NCBI GenBank assembly: GCA_965202585.1
Contig: OZ241829.1
Coordinates: 65,782,001 to 65,846,000 of the forward strand
Origin: Thalia democratica
Lineage: Eukaryota
Length of the DNA: 64,000 nt
Direction of reading: 5' to 3'
Part shown: in pieces, positions 52,164 through 64,000 of the stretch
How the letters are laid out: each line of letters begins with the position of its first letter
Numbering within the stretch: the first letter of the stretch is position 1
Made by a program: the position numbers and the translations under genes
Notes under the pieces: generated by a model
What the model was told of the DNA's origin: nothing
The model's database searches: none
The model's input: the letters and a program-made list of their open reading frames with translations, nothing else

Positions 52164-53564
52164 AATTTTCTCGTGTTTAAAATTTATCTGTCTTAATTTA
52201 AATTTTTTGATATTACATTTATTAATAATAATATTTTCATTTTTTTTCATAGTATGTAATACTAAATACTTTAAAAAAAAAGAAAAGCAAAGTACATGTT
52301 GGAAAAATATATTATTTAACATGTTTTACTAACTAGTATGCTAATTAAATGTTTTATACTATTGTTTCAAAAAGGAACAAAATTTTCAAAAGTACTGTGA
52401 ATAGTCAGTTTGACTGTTAAAATATTACATCATATAACTTTTTTATGTAAAGTTACTAATTTTCGCGCGAATGAAAGTTACTATGAATAAAAATTTGTGC
52501 ATAAAGCATTGAGTGGAATAAACGTGTAAAGAAGTGTTTATACTTAACACATACTATTTATTTAAATATGTAAAATTGTGAAATTTAAGTTACAACAAAA
52601 AAGAGTTGTTTTATTTTTGTATTAAATATAAATATTAAAACAGTTGTAAATAATTTTGAGATTTCTTCAGCATAGTTTGTTTGTTTTCAGGCAAAATTGT
52701 AATCTAACTGAATTTGTAAGTAATATATATATTTAATAAAACTTTTTACGAACCGTCTCAATTTTACACACAAAACACTTTGAAAGGTCTTCTGTTTATT
52801 TATATAAACATTGTAAATCGTGTTTGAAAAATAAACTACGAACTGATGGTAAAACTAACTAAGTTAATTAAGTTTGAATTTAAACAAAAAAAGCTTAGTT
52901 TACTTAACTTAAAAACTTGTAAGTCACTTTCATGTATATTTGTTTACAACTACTGTCAATACATGAAAATGAAAAGGCAGCACTTGTTGGTTATAAGTAA
53001 AGAACTTAAAACCAGTGAATGTTGGTGGATCATAAACTAAATGTTCTGTTTAGTCTTGCTGTCTGAGGACTGATTGTCAGTCAGACTTTTCTATACGCTT
53101 TACATTAAGACGGGTAAACACTCTAGGGTTTTTCAAATATATAGTTTTATCATTTATGTTAACTTTGCGTAACAAAACACAAACTAATTTTTTACTAAAG
53201 TAAAGTATTATTAAAAGCTTGTAAACTAGACACTATTTAAATTTGAAAAGTAGATACAAATAAATAAAAATCAGAGTAAATACGCTCAACGATTTAATTA
53301 TAAAAAATTGATTTACTTTTTTGTAACTAAAAAAATATTCACTTAACTAGTCTAAACGGCAAGTGCAAAATAAATAAGTTGTGAAGCTGCCTAGCTAACC
53401 AACTTTCGGTTATAAACGAAATAAAAACAAGCAAGTCGAGTAAATAAATGTTACATCTTTTACTGATTCTAAAGAACTTTCTGTTGTAATTAAAAGGTTT
53501 TTTTTTAATAAAAAATTTCTTCACAATTTTCCAACACAAACTACCATGCAAATGTTAAAAAACA

Positions 53565-53635
53565 CGCTACCGGTTGGATTCGATCTCGGTCCACTCGAAT
53601 GGAAATTTTTGTTTTTACCACTCGACCATCAAGGT
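53565..53635 (-). other. Degenerate tRNA-like sequence (duplicate of 13,254-13,324)
   Basis: Same A-box- and B-box-like motifs in copy 2. Confidence 0.45.
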
Positions 53636-56600
53636 TCATTCTAATTAATCTTGTAACGTTTATATACTTAATTTTTATCATCATGTTATGAATATTTGTT
53701 GCTTTACTATCACATAAAACCCATTAGAAAATGAACAATTTTCTCTGATACAAGGAGATTTTTTCAAATAAGAACTCTTATTTTGTGAAATAAAGCGACA
53801 TTAAAAAAAAATAAAGTATTTAAGCACAGACTAAACTCTTCTAAGTTAAGCCAGTTAATGTTATTCTTTTGAAAACTTAATATACGTGTTTACAATAAGA
53901 AGTTTTGTATACAATTATTTTTTTGTTTACAATCATATTCTAAACTGAGAAAACAAAATACTTAATTTTTATAGTATAAAATAAAAGCCGAAAAAGTGGT
54001 TAATGGCTACAGCGAACAAACAACTTTGTGGTTGTTGCAATATAAACATAACAATTGAAATACATACTGAAATATGGAACTGCAAGTAAAAACTAAACAG
54101 ATACTTATTGGTATAACAATTATAATAATATATAGTGTAATTGTTGCTCGACACTTCTTTTACAAATAGTCAAAGAACATCTTTCTTCAAGTGTTAATTA
54201 ATAGAACTCTGTCTTAAAATTACATTAGCAAATTCACTAACAGTATAAATAGCATATAAGAATGTAAACTTTCTTTAATTTCAAAATTGTTTGTTATGAT
54301 TCTATTAACAATAATATGAATGTGTTGAAAACTAAGTTTAGTAGGTTATCTTAGTTATGGTAATGAAAACTTTATTTTAAGGTAATTATAAAGTTGAATT
54401 CTTTAAAAAAATAAACTTATACTTTTCAAAACTTCATAGTGAAAAAAAAAAATTTTTTACAGATGAACTAAAGCTTTGTCAAAGGTTAATAGACTAAAAC
54501 AGAAACGATTTACTACTTGCGATTTTTTAAAAGCTGAAAATTAGCTTAAGTTATGTAGTAAAAACAGTTTGATATAAGTAATTTTACTTTGATAAAGTTG
54601 TTTTTTACCTTGAGACAAATACTTCTAAACAAATAGATAACTTTAAGTGTAAAACCAGTAATTAATCAAAAATAAAACAAAAGCTTTATTCATTTTATTG
54701 AGTTTTTTTTTGAAAACTTGTAATCTAAAATTTAATAAAAATATCAACTTTCTTTGCTTTAAGTTCTTGAACTTTTTCTTTTAAACAATTAATCAGCTTG
54801 AATTCATACTATATTATTTACAAAATAAAGTAATTTATTTTAGGCAAGTGATACAGAGTCAATTTTTTAATAACACAGCTTTTTTCGTTTTATTTTATTT
54901 CATGTTTGAGCAATGTTTTTGTAATATTGATTTTCGTAAGGACTTGTTTTGCAATAAACTTAAAACTTTTATAATGTTTGGAAATCTCCTTTGAAAATAT
55001 TTTTCCGTGGTGAATTTAAAAATTAAAACTAGTCTAATGTTTTTTTTTCTTAAAAATAAATTGCTTTTTAAGCTTATCAGTGGAAGAATTTTTTTAAGAA
55101 AGTTGTTAAAGTGAAAATGTTGTTAAAAAATACTTTCAAAAAATTTTCTACAATAGTAAGTAACTTAAAAAAAACTTATAATGAAAATGCAGTTTGTAAG
55201 CTATTAAATAAACTAAGCAAGGAAAAATATGTCTCAAACAAAATTATAAAAATAACTATATTTTTTAATCTTAAGTAATGTTGTACTTTACTAAACTTAT
55301 TTAACTAGTAACCATTACTTTTTGTTTAAGAACTTTATCGTAAAAGAGATATTGTTTTAAATAAATTACAAATGAATTAACATTAATGTTAATCAAATAT
55401 TTTAAACTCTACTTACAAAGAAAATGATTTTAAAGAACTTTTTGAAAGTTTTTTTTGTTTTTTGACTTTAAAAATGATTGTAAAATATTTTTGCTGTGTA
55501 TTAGTAAAAACCGTTAGCTTAAACAACTTTGTTTAACTATTTAATTACAAATCTAGAATATCAATTAAAAACTAAATGCCACAAGGCTAATTTTTTCGTA
55601 AAAAATATGTGAAAACTTTAAATGCTCGTTTTGACCTAAAACTATGAAAAAAATCGTTTAAAAGGGTGTGCTTTTTTTTAAATTTATATTTCTTTATCTT
55701 TTTTAATATTAATTTTAGAGTAGAATATTAAGTTATCGTCATTATTATATTTATCGTTAATTTAAGAAAAAAAATATTTTACCTTATAGTAAATAAGATT
55801 CATACCAAAGATAGTTATACAGTGTTAATTAACTTCTAAATTTATAGTTGTTTGAATTAAGATACGATAACTCAGTTTTAAGAAATATTCTGTTAACTTA
55901 TTAAATACTTTAAGATTACGAGAATCTAATAAAGAAACAAAGACTTTATAGTGTAAGCTTTACGCGGTTAAACTTTGCAGATTCTATTTCATTTTAACAT
56001 TTTTATAAAAAATGAATTAAGTCTCTACTAAACAGTTTTTTGGACCTGGTTTGAAATTGTAAAGTTTTAAAATTCTGAAGTTAACTAAAGCTTGACAAAG
56101 ATAAACACAAGTTTGTAAACATTTGGAGGGAAAATTTATAAGAACTGAAGAAACAGGTTTGTAATTTAATATTATTTATATTTACAGGGTTGCAACTTTA
56201 CCTGGAAACCTGGAATTTGACAATTTAGGCAACAAAACCTAAAATTTGAGAATTTTTGAAAAAAACCTGGAATTTTGAAAAAAAATCACTAAAAAACCTG
56301 GAATTTTAAACAATTTTTACATGTTAAGTAGAAAAATCTAGATTTGACAGAAAAATTCTACCCTAAAAATAAAAGTTTTTTGTCATTATCAAAATTTTTT
56401 TTATTCAAAAGATTATTTAAATTAGCTTTACCATATCTTTTCAATATTTTTTACTATTTAACACATTTTTTACCTCAAACTTAATTTTAAACTAAAAATA
56501 GACTCTAAAAAGTGTACTTTTAAAAAACTGAAGGAAGTTTTGAAAACCTTGAAAAATTTTTGAAAATACAGTGGTCATGCTTAACTTTAGGTGAGGACGC

Positions 56601-58423
56601 TTTGGTTCAATATACAGGAAATTCTCAGCATTATTTTCAATGATATTCAATTTTATTTTGAAATTTATTCATTTTAATTATTTATATTACTGAATGTAAT
56701 TTTAGCTGGCACTTTAGGTGGCTTTTCAACAATGCAACTTTCTAATAACAAAGTTTTTGTATTCTTTTTTGTATTCTAATAACAAAAATTTTACTAAAGT
56801 CAGTTTTAAATTAAAACATCAAAATCAACATTTTCTGTGAAATAATTGGTAGTTACCTGGCATGATGTTGCATTAATATCGAACTGAATCTATATATTGA
56901 AAATAACCATAGTTTTAGGCTAAATATGACATTTTTAAAAAAGTTAAAAATAAAATCAAACTTTTTATTTATCATAAAGTAATAAAACTTGATTATGCAA
57001 TGATGCTATGAGCATGATATTGCTATGATTTAACATTATAAATCGATCACATCAATACAATGTTTATTTTTTATATCACTACAAATCTAAAAAAAAAAAT
57101 TGACTAAATGTTTAGTTTTATTAGTTTATTAGAAACAAAATTAATTCTACTTATGTATTTATAAAGCTTGGTTAAAATAAAGTATTTTTTTCAGAATATA
57201 TTAAGCTTTAAACATAGTTTTCAGCCTAAAATTATGGTTAAAATGAACATTGAAATTAATTTATTTTCAGTTCGATATTGGTGCGACAGTAAATAGTTAC
57301 TAAATATTTTTACCTGTTTTAAATTGCTAATATTATGATTTTTTAAAGTGTACAAGATTATTTTAAAGTATTTTTACAGTTTTCACCTTTTAGTACATAA
57401 ATTTTCAAGTTTATGATAATCTCAGGCTGAATCATAAAGATATTGAGTAAAATTTTTCAGGCTAGTTAAAACATTTTTGATAGTGTTTGCTTACATATTT
57501 GTAGTAGCATTACATTATCTTTTTTATTAACATAGCATTGTTTGAAAAAACATCTTTTATTTTAGATTTAAAGTTATATAAATAAAGACAAGAAAAATTT
57601 AAAAATCCTGGCAGAATATTTAAAAACTTAAAACATAGTTCTAAAAAGCCAGTGGCCATCCTGTTAAGACATAAATTTCAGACATTTAAGGGTTAAAACA
57701 TTTTGTCATTAGTTTATTTTTAGTAGCTCTTCTCATTATATAGTTTTTATGATAAGTTTCTAATTTTAAACAATATATTGATATTATCAGTTGGTTAATA
57801 ACAAAACTACTGCAGATCCACTGCTCTAATACCATTTATGACTAATAATTTAAACAAATTTATTACTATATAATTTTAGGCTTAAAATAAAGGTTGATGA
57901 CAGTATTAATGTTTAAATAAGCTAAAAAAAGGAATAAAAGGATAATGTAATTACATAGAGTTGCACTGTTGTTTTGTATTTTGTTTTTAATTGTCTTTAC
58001 TAGTTTTGGTAATTACCAGGGATGTCCACCAATATCAAGCTGAAACTGTTTTCGATGTCTTTTTAAAACAATTTTAAAATAAGAATTTGTATTTTATACA
58101 TGCAAAAAATCAATTAAACTTATTTATCATAAACTAGTAAAACTGAAATATTCGATCACTTTTATTTATAATGTAAAGCGATTATATAAATGAATTAGTT
58201 TATATCGATTACAATAATACTGTGATATAAAATCTATTAAATATTTTAGTTAGTAATAAATTTAATTATTTCTATTAAATAATGTAACGAGTTCAAAACA
58301 AAGTATCTTTTTAGATTAAACATAATAGGCTTAAAACATTGATATTTAGCTTAAAAGTATGGTAAAATAGATATCGAATATAGTATAATTTCAGCTTGAT
58401 ATTAGTGCGACATCACCCTAGGT

Positions 58424-58636
58424 CAGGGGTTGGCAGATCAAAAAAGGAACGTTTTTTATGTAGTTTTAAAAAACACATTTAAAGATAATTTTTTGATCAT
58501 TAAAAATTTAGGCGATAGATAATCCTTTAAAGATAACACTGTAATTTATTTTTTGTTTTTTGAGAATGTTAATATATCAAACAAGTTGAAAAAAAAAGCT
58601 TAATGCGGATCGCGGACCGCAGTTTGCCAACCCCTG
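58424..58636. mobile_element. hAT-type MITE (duplicate of 18,138-18,349)
   Basis: Same TIRs and 8-bp TSD in copy 2. Confidence 0.85.
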
Positions 58637-59659
58637 CCCTAGATAGTTACTCATATTTATAGTAGAATTTCATTATCTTTTTATTAATATAGCACTGTTT
58701 AAAAAATAATTTAGTTTTAGATTTAAAGTTATATAAAAATGACAAGAGAAGTTTTAAAATCCTGGCAGAAAATCTAAAAACTTAAAAGATAGTTCTGTAA
58801 AGCTAGTTGCAATCCTGTTTAGACATAAACTTGGATTTTATTTGTCATTAGGTTATTTTAGGTAGCTCTTTTCATTATATATTTTTTATGATAAGTTTCT
58901 AATTTTAAATAATATATTAATACTATCAATTGCTTAATATTTAAACTACTGCAGATTCACTACTCTAATACCATTTATGACTAATAATTTAAACAAATTT
59001 ATTACTATATAGTTTTAGACTTGAAAAAAAGGTTGATGACAGTATTAATGTTTAAATAAGCTAAAAAAAGGAATAAAAGGATAATGTAATTACATAGAGT
59101 TGCACTGTTGTTTTGTATTTTGTTTTTATCTGTCTTTACTAGTTTTGGTAATTACCTAGGATGATGTCCACCAATATCAAGCTAAATTTATATTACATTC
59201 GATGTCTTTTTTAACTATAATTTTTACATATAAGTTTCTACTTTATATACACAAAAATATAATCTAATTTATTTATCATCAACTAATAAAACTAAAAAAT
59301 TTGATCTTTTTTATTTACAATATCAAGCGATTATATAAATGAAATAATTTGTATCAATTAAGATGTTGTGAGATGAAATCGATTAAATATTTAAGTATGT
59401 ACTAATTTATTTTTATTAATACTATTAATTTTCGTAGCCAGTTTGAAACAAAGTATCTTTTTAGATTAAACAAAATAGGTTTAAAACATTGGTTTTTAGC
59501 TTAAAAATGTAGTTAAAAAAACGTCGAATATAGTATATATTTCAGCTTGATACTGGTGCAACATCATCCTAGGTAGTTACCCTTATTTCATTTAACTAAT
59601 TTTAAAAATTTAAAGGAATATTTAAGATTTGTTAGAATAAATTAAAAGAATTTAATTAG

Positions 59660-62600
59660 TTGCTTTAAAAAAACTCAAAATGAAAGTATAAATCTGTGCC
59701 AACAAGGTATTTGAAATTTAGTTACATAGACTACTATATTTGTGTTTTAAATGATTTTATTAGTTTAGAAAACATAATAACACGTACACTAGTTTTAAAA
59801 AACTTACCCTGAAAATGTTGTACCAGGATCCGAAAGAGTGTCGCTGTAAATTTACGGTAGGATTGGTTAAATACAGATCTTTCCATTAAATCTTAGACAA
59901 ATTACTTATTAAAAAAAAATATTTTATAGTATGGTCTATTACAAAAGATAACTCTTTATAGTTTTAAATATATAAACCAAAGTTAACTATTATAACTATC
60001 CTGAAATAAGTTAATAACAAATACATTAAAAACATATAAATTAAATTACCACACTAGATAGTTTTGTATAATTATTTATTTTTCGGTTGTTTACGAAAGA
60101 CTTTTGTTAACTTTTTTGATTAGTTTTGCTCAATAAAACAGCAGTTTTTTATTGATTACAGCTTGATACTTTTAATCTCCCTAACTCTTTATTTCTTTTT
60201 AACATTTGTTATTGCTTGTAATCAAGTACTCTAAATCTACTTACAGGGTTGTCACTTTACCTGGAAACATTGAAAAACCTGTAATTTTGAAGAAAATCAC
60301 TAAAAAACCTAGAATTTTAAACAATTTTTATATGTTATGTTGAAAAATCTAGATATGACGCAACAAATTTATCATATATATATTTTTTTGATCATCATCA
60401 AAAATTTCCATTCAAAAACACATTTAAAGTAGCTTAACCGTATATTTTTAATGTTTTTATACTATTTAACACAGTTTTTACCTTAAACTCAATTTTAAAC
60501 TAAAGATAAACCAAAAAATGTGCACTTTACAAAACTTGGAGGAAATTCTGAAAACCTGGATATTTTTTTAAAATGACTGATAATCCTGTACTAACTAACT
60601 ATTAGCTCATCCAGATCCGCCTTAAGTGCGTTGTTAAACTAAGATGGTTTTTATATCATTAGTGATTGTTTCAAAATTTATTCATTAAGAAAAAGCCGTT
60701 TGCTCATTGATAATGTAATAAATGATGAAAACTTTGTGAGTAAATAGTTTAGTTCATATTTTATTAGACAATTTATTTTAGAGCTCTAAAGCTTTTTTGA
60801 TTGAACAAAATTAATTAACTGTCTGAAAGAATATTAACATAAATTTGTTCTGATCCCGGATGTACGGCTTACTTGAATTTATTCATCTACTTTAAGGTAT
60901 AATAGTTTTAGTGTTGTTTTCAGAAAAACAAACTATTTTTATTCTATCTTTCAGAAAATTCGAAAATGTATATAACTAAGAATAAGTTTTTGAATAATTT
61001 TGTAGTTACACTGGTTTTTGCGTTTTTAAACATTTGTCTGTGTTTTTTAATCAACTGTAATTGATTTTACATACAAGTCTCTGCTTAATTACATTTTATA
61101 AAAATAAGTTTTCTAATATAAAAAAAAATCAAAATGGAAGAATAAACCTTTTCCAACAAAGTATTTGAAATTTAGTTACAAAGATTCTGTAACTTTATTA
61201 TTTGTGTTTTAAATGATTTTATTAGATTAGAAAACATAATAACCCGTACAGAAGTTTTAAACGTAGTTTTCTGATTAAAAATAAGACCAGTATCTATTCA
61301 TTTTGAACGAATTTGTATTATTGCCATTGTGTACTAATGGTTTAATAAATTGTTCGTACAGTCTGGCTTAAGTAAAACACCTTAATACTAACAGCCTGAA
61401 GGAATTGAGCAGTGCTTTTTGTAATCAGTTATATTCATGAATGAAGACGATGAAGCACTTTCGGACGCATTCGAGATAATTTACCCTGAAAATGTTGTAC
61501 CAGGATCCGAAAGAGCGTCGCTGTACATTTACGGTAGGATTTGTTAAATACAGAACTTTCCATTGATTTTTAGACAAATAACTTTTTTAAATAAAACATT
61601 ATATAGTGTGGTCTATTACAAAAGATAACTCTTTATAGTTTTAAATATATAAATCAAAGTTAACCATTATAACTATTCTGAAATAAGTTAATAACAAATA
61701 CAAACATATAATTAAATTACCACACTAGATAGTTTTGTATAATTATTTGTTTTTTGGTTCTTTACGAAAAACTTTTGTTAGCTTTTTCGATTAGTTTTGC
61801 TCAATAAAGTAGCAGTTTTTTATAGATTACAGCTTGATACTTTTCATCTACCTTACTCTTTATTTCTTTTTAACGTTTGTTATTGCTCGTGATCAAGTAC
61901 TCTCAAATCTACTTACAGGTTTCCCATTTTACCTGGAAACATAGAAAATCCTGTATTTTTGAATAAAAATCACTAAAAAACCTGAATTTTTAATTAATTT
62001 TTACATGTTAAGTAGAAAAATTTATCACTTAAATAATTTTTTGGTCATCATCAATTTTTTTTATTCATAAACACATTCAAAGTAGCTTTACAGTATGTTT
62101 TCAATGCTTTTATACTAGTTGACAAAGTTTTTTTTTACCTTAAAATTAACTTGAAACTAAAAATACACCCTAATATGTGTACATTTAAAACCTGTAAAAA
62201 TTTTGTTAAATGCCACTGATAACCCTGTACTAACTAACTGTTAGCTCATCAACATTTTAAAGATTTTTCTGTGTTTTTTAATCAACTGTATTTGATTTTA
62301 CATACAAGTCTCGGCTTAATAACATTTTATAACTATAGCATTACTAATTAAAAAATAATTAAAATGGAAGAATAAACCTTTGCCAACAAGGTATTTGAAA
62401 TTTAGTTACATAGATTACTATATTTGTGTTTTAAATGATTTTATTAGTTGAGAAAACATTGTGACACATATAGAAGTTTTAAAAGTAATTTGCTGATTGG
62501 AAATAAGACCGGTAAAAATTCATTTTGAACGAATTTGTAATATTCCTACTGTACACTAATGGTTTAATAAATTGTGTATACAGTCTGGCTCAACTAAATA

Positions 62601-64000
62601 CCTTAATACTAACAGCCTGAAGGAATTGAGAAGTGCTTTTTGAAATCAGTTATATTCATGAATGAAGACGATGAAGCACTTTTGGACGCATTCGAGATAA
62701 TTTACCCTGAAAATGTTGTACCAGGATCCGAAAGAGCGTCGCTGTTCATTTACGGTAGGATTGGTTAAATACAGAACTTTCCATTAATTTTTAGACAAAT
62801 AACTTATTTAAATAAAATATTGTATAGTATAATCTATTACAAAAGATAATTTTATATAGTTTTAAATATATAAACCAAAGCTAACCATTATAACTATCCT
62901 GAAATAAGTTAATAACAAATACATTAAAAACATATAAATTAAATACAACACTAGATAGTTTTGTATAATTATTTATTTTTTGGTTGTTTACAAAAAATTT
63001 TTACATGTTATGTCGAAAAATCTTGATATGACGCATAAATTATCATATAGAATTTTTTTTGGTCATCATCAAAAATTTCCATTTAAAAACACATTTAAAG
63101 TAGCTTAACCGTATGTTTTTAATGTTTTTATACTATTTAACGCAGTTTTTACCTTAAACTCAATTTTAAACTAAAAATAGACCGAAGAATGTGTACTTTT
63201 AAAAACTTGGAGGAAATTCTGAAAACCTGGATATTTTTTTTAAATGACTGATAACCCTGTACTAACTAACTATTAGCTCATCAAGGTCCGCCTTTACTGC
63301 GTTGTTAAACTAAGATGGTTTTTATATCGTTAGTGATTGTTTCAAAATTTATTCTTTAAGAAAAAGCCGTTTGCTCATTGATAATGTCAATAAATGATGA
63401 AAACTTTGTGAGTAAATAGTTTGATTTGTATTTTATTAGACAGTTTATTTCTGAGCTCTAAAGCTTTTTTAATTGAACAAAATATTTTAACTGTCTAAAA
63501 TTATAATATTTGGAATTTGTTCTGACCCCGGATTTACGTCTTACTTGAATTTCTTTATCTATTTTAAGGTATTATTGGTTTATTTAAATACATTTTTGTG
63601 ATGTCATAATTCAGAATACTTCCTCAGTTTTCGATATCAGTCGCTTTCTTTTTGGAACTTGTATCTTTTTTATGGTGTCATATTAACGGTGTTGATTTTC
63701 AGAAAAACAAATTATTTTTATTCTATTTTTCAGAAAACTCGAAAATGTATATAACTAAGAATAAGTTTTTAAATAGTTTTGTAGTTACACTGATTTTTGC
63801 ATTTTTAAACATTTGTCTATGTTTTTTAATCAACTGTAATTGATTTTACATACAAGTCTCTGCTCAATTACATTTTATAAAAATAAGTTTTCTAATATAA
63901 AAAAAATCAAAATGGAAGAATAAACCTTTTACAAAAAAGTGTTTGAAATTTAGTTACAAAGATTACTATATTTGTGTTTTAAATGATTTTATTAGTTTAG
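59660..64000 (+). repeat. Same tandem array in copy 2 (fewer, rearranged units; runs off window)
   Basis: Cores: a truncated one at ~59,805-59,856, then 61395-61533 (GAA>TAA nonsense) and 62616-62754. A further unit begins at ~63,880. Confidence 0.9.

Larger units (their letters stand above)
40318..64000 (+). repeat. Copy 2 of the ~40.3-kb tandem segmental duplication (runs off window end)
   Basis: Near-identical to 1..~25,810. The offset stays about 40,317-40,330 through the CCP/CTL gene, then falls to about 38,190 after the net loss of one ~1.8-kb array unit and smaller indels. Confidence 0.97.

Overview
AT-rich animal (invertebrate-type) genomic DNA with GC-richer exons and short GT-AG introns (down to about 57 nt). 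The window is dominated by a roughly 40.3-kb direct tandem duplication: 1..~25,810 recurs at 40,318..64,000. The repeated unit contains four main elements. (i) A large + strand gene with 26 single-domain sushi/CCP exons, all phase 1-1, followed by three C-type lectin domains. It gives about 2,225 aa from 33,677 to 47,954. A 3' partial copy at 1..7,625 carries a 1-bp frameshift. (ii) An intronless, very GC-rich carbonyl reductase (CBR1-like SDR) on the - strand, intact at 51,348..52,163 and frameshifted at 11,036..11,852. (iii) A tandem array of 1.2-1.8-kb units at about 19.4-27.1 kb (and 59.7-64 kb). Each unit carries a 139-nt exon-like segment with intact splice signals, and two signal-peptide-like exons lie upstream; together they may be the remains or cassettes of an unrecognised small secreted or membrane protein gene. 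(iv) MITEs and a tRNA-like remnant. A decayed Penelope-like retroelement and a 409-bp tandem duplication lie at 29-32 kb, seen only once in the window. Exon boundaries, translations and alignments were done by eye and no database searches were run. The host species cannot be determined from the sequence alone, and the 40-kb duplication could be two uncollapsed haplotypes.
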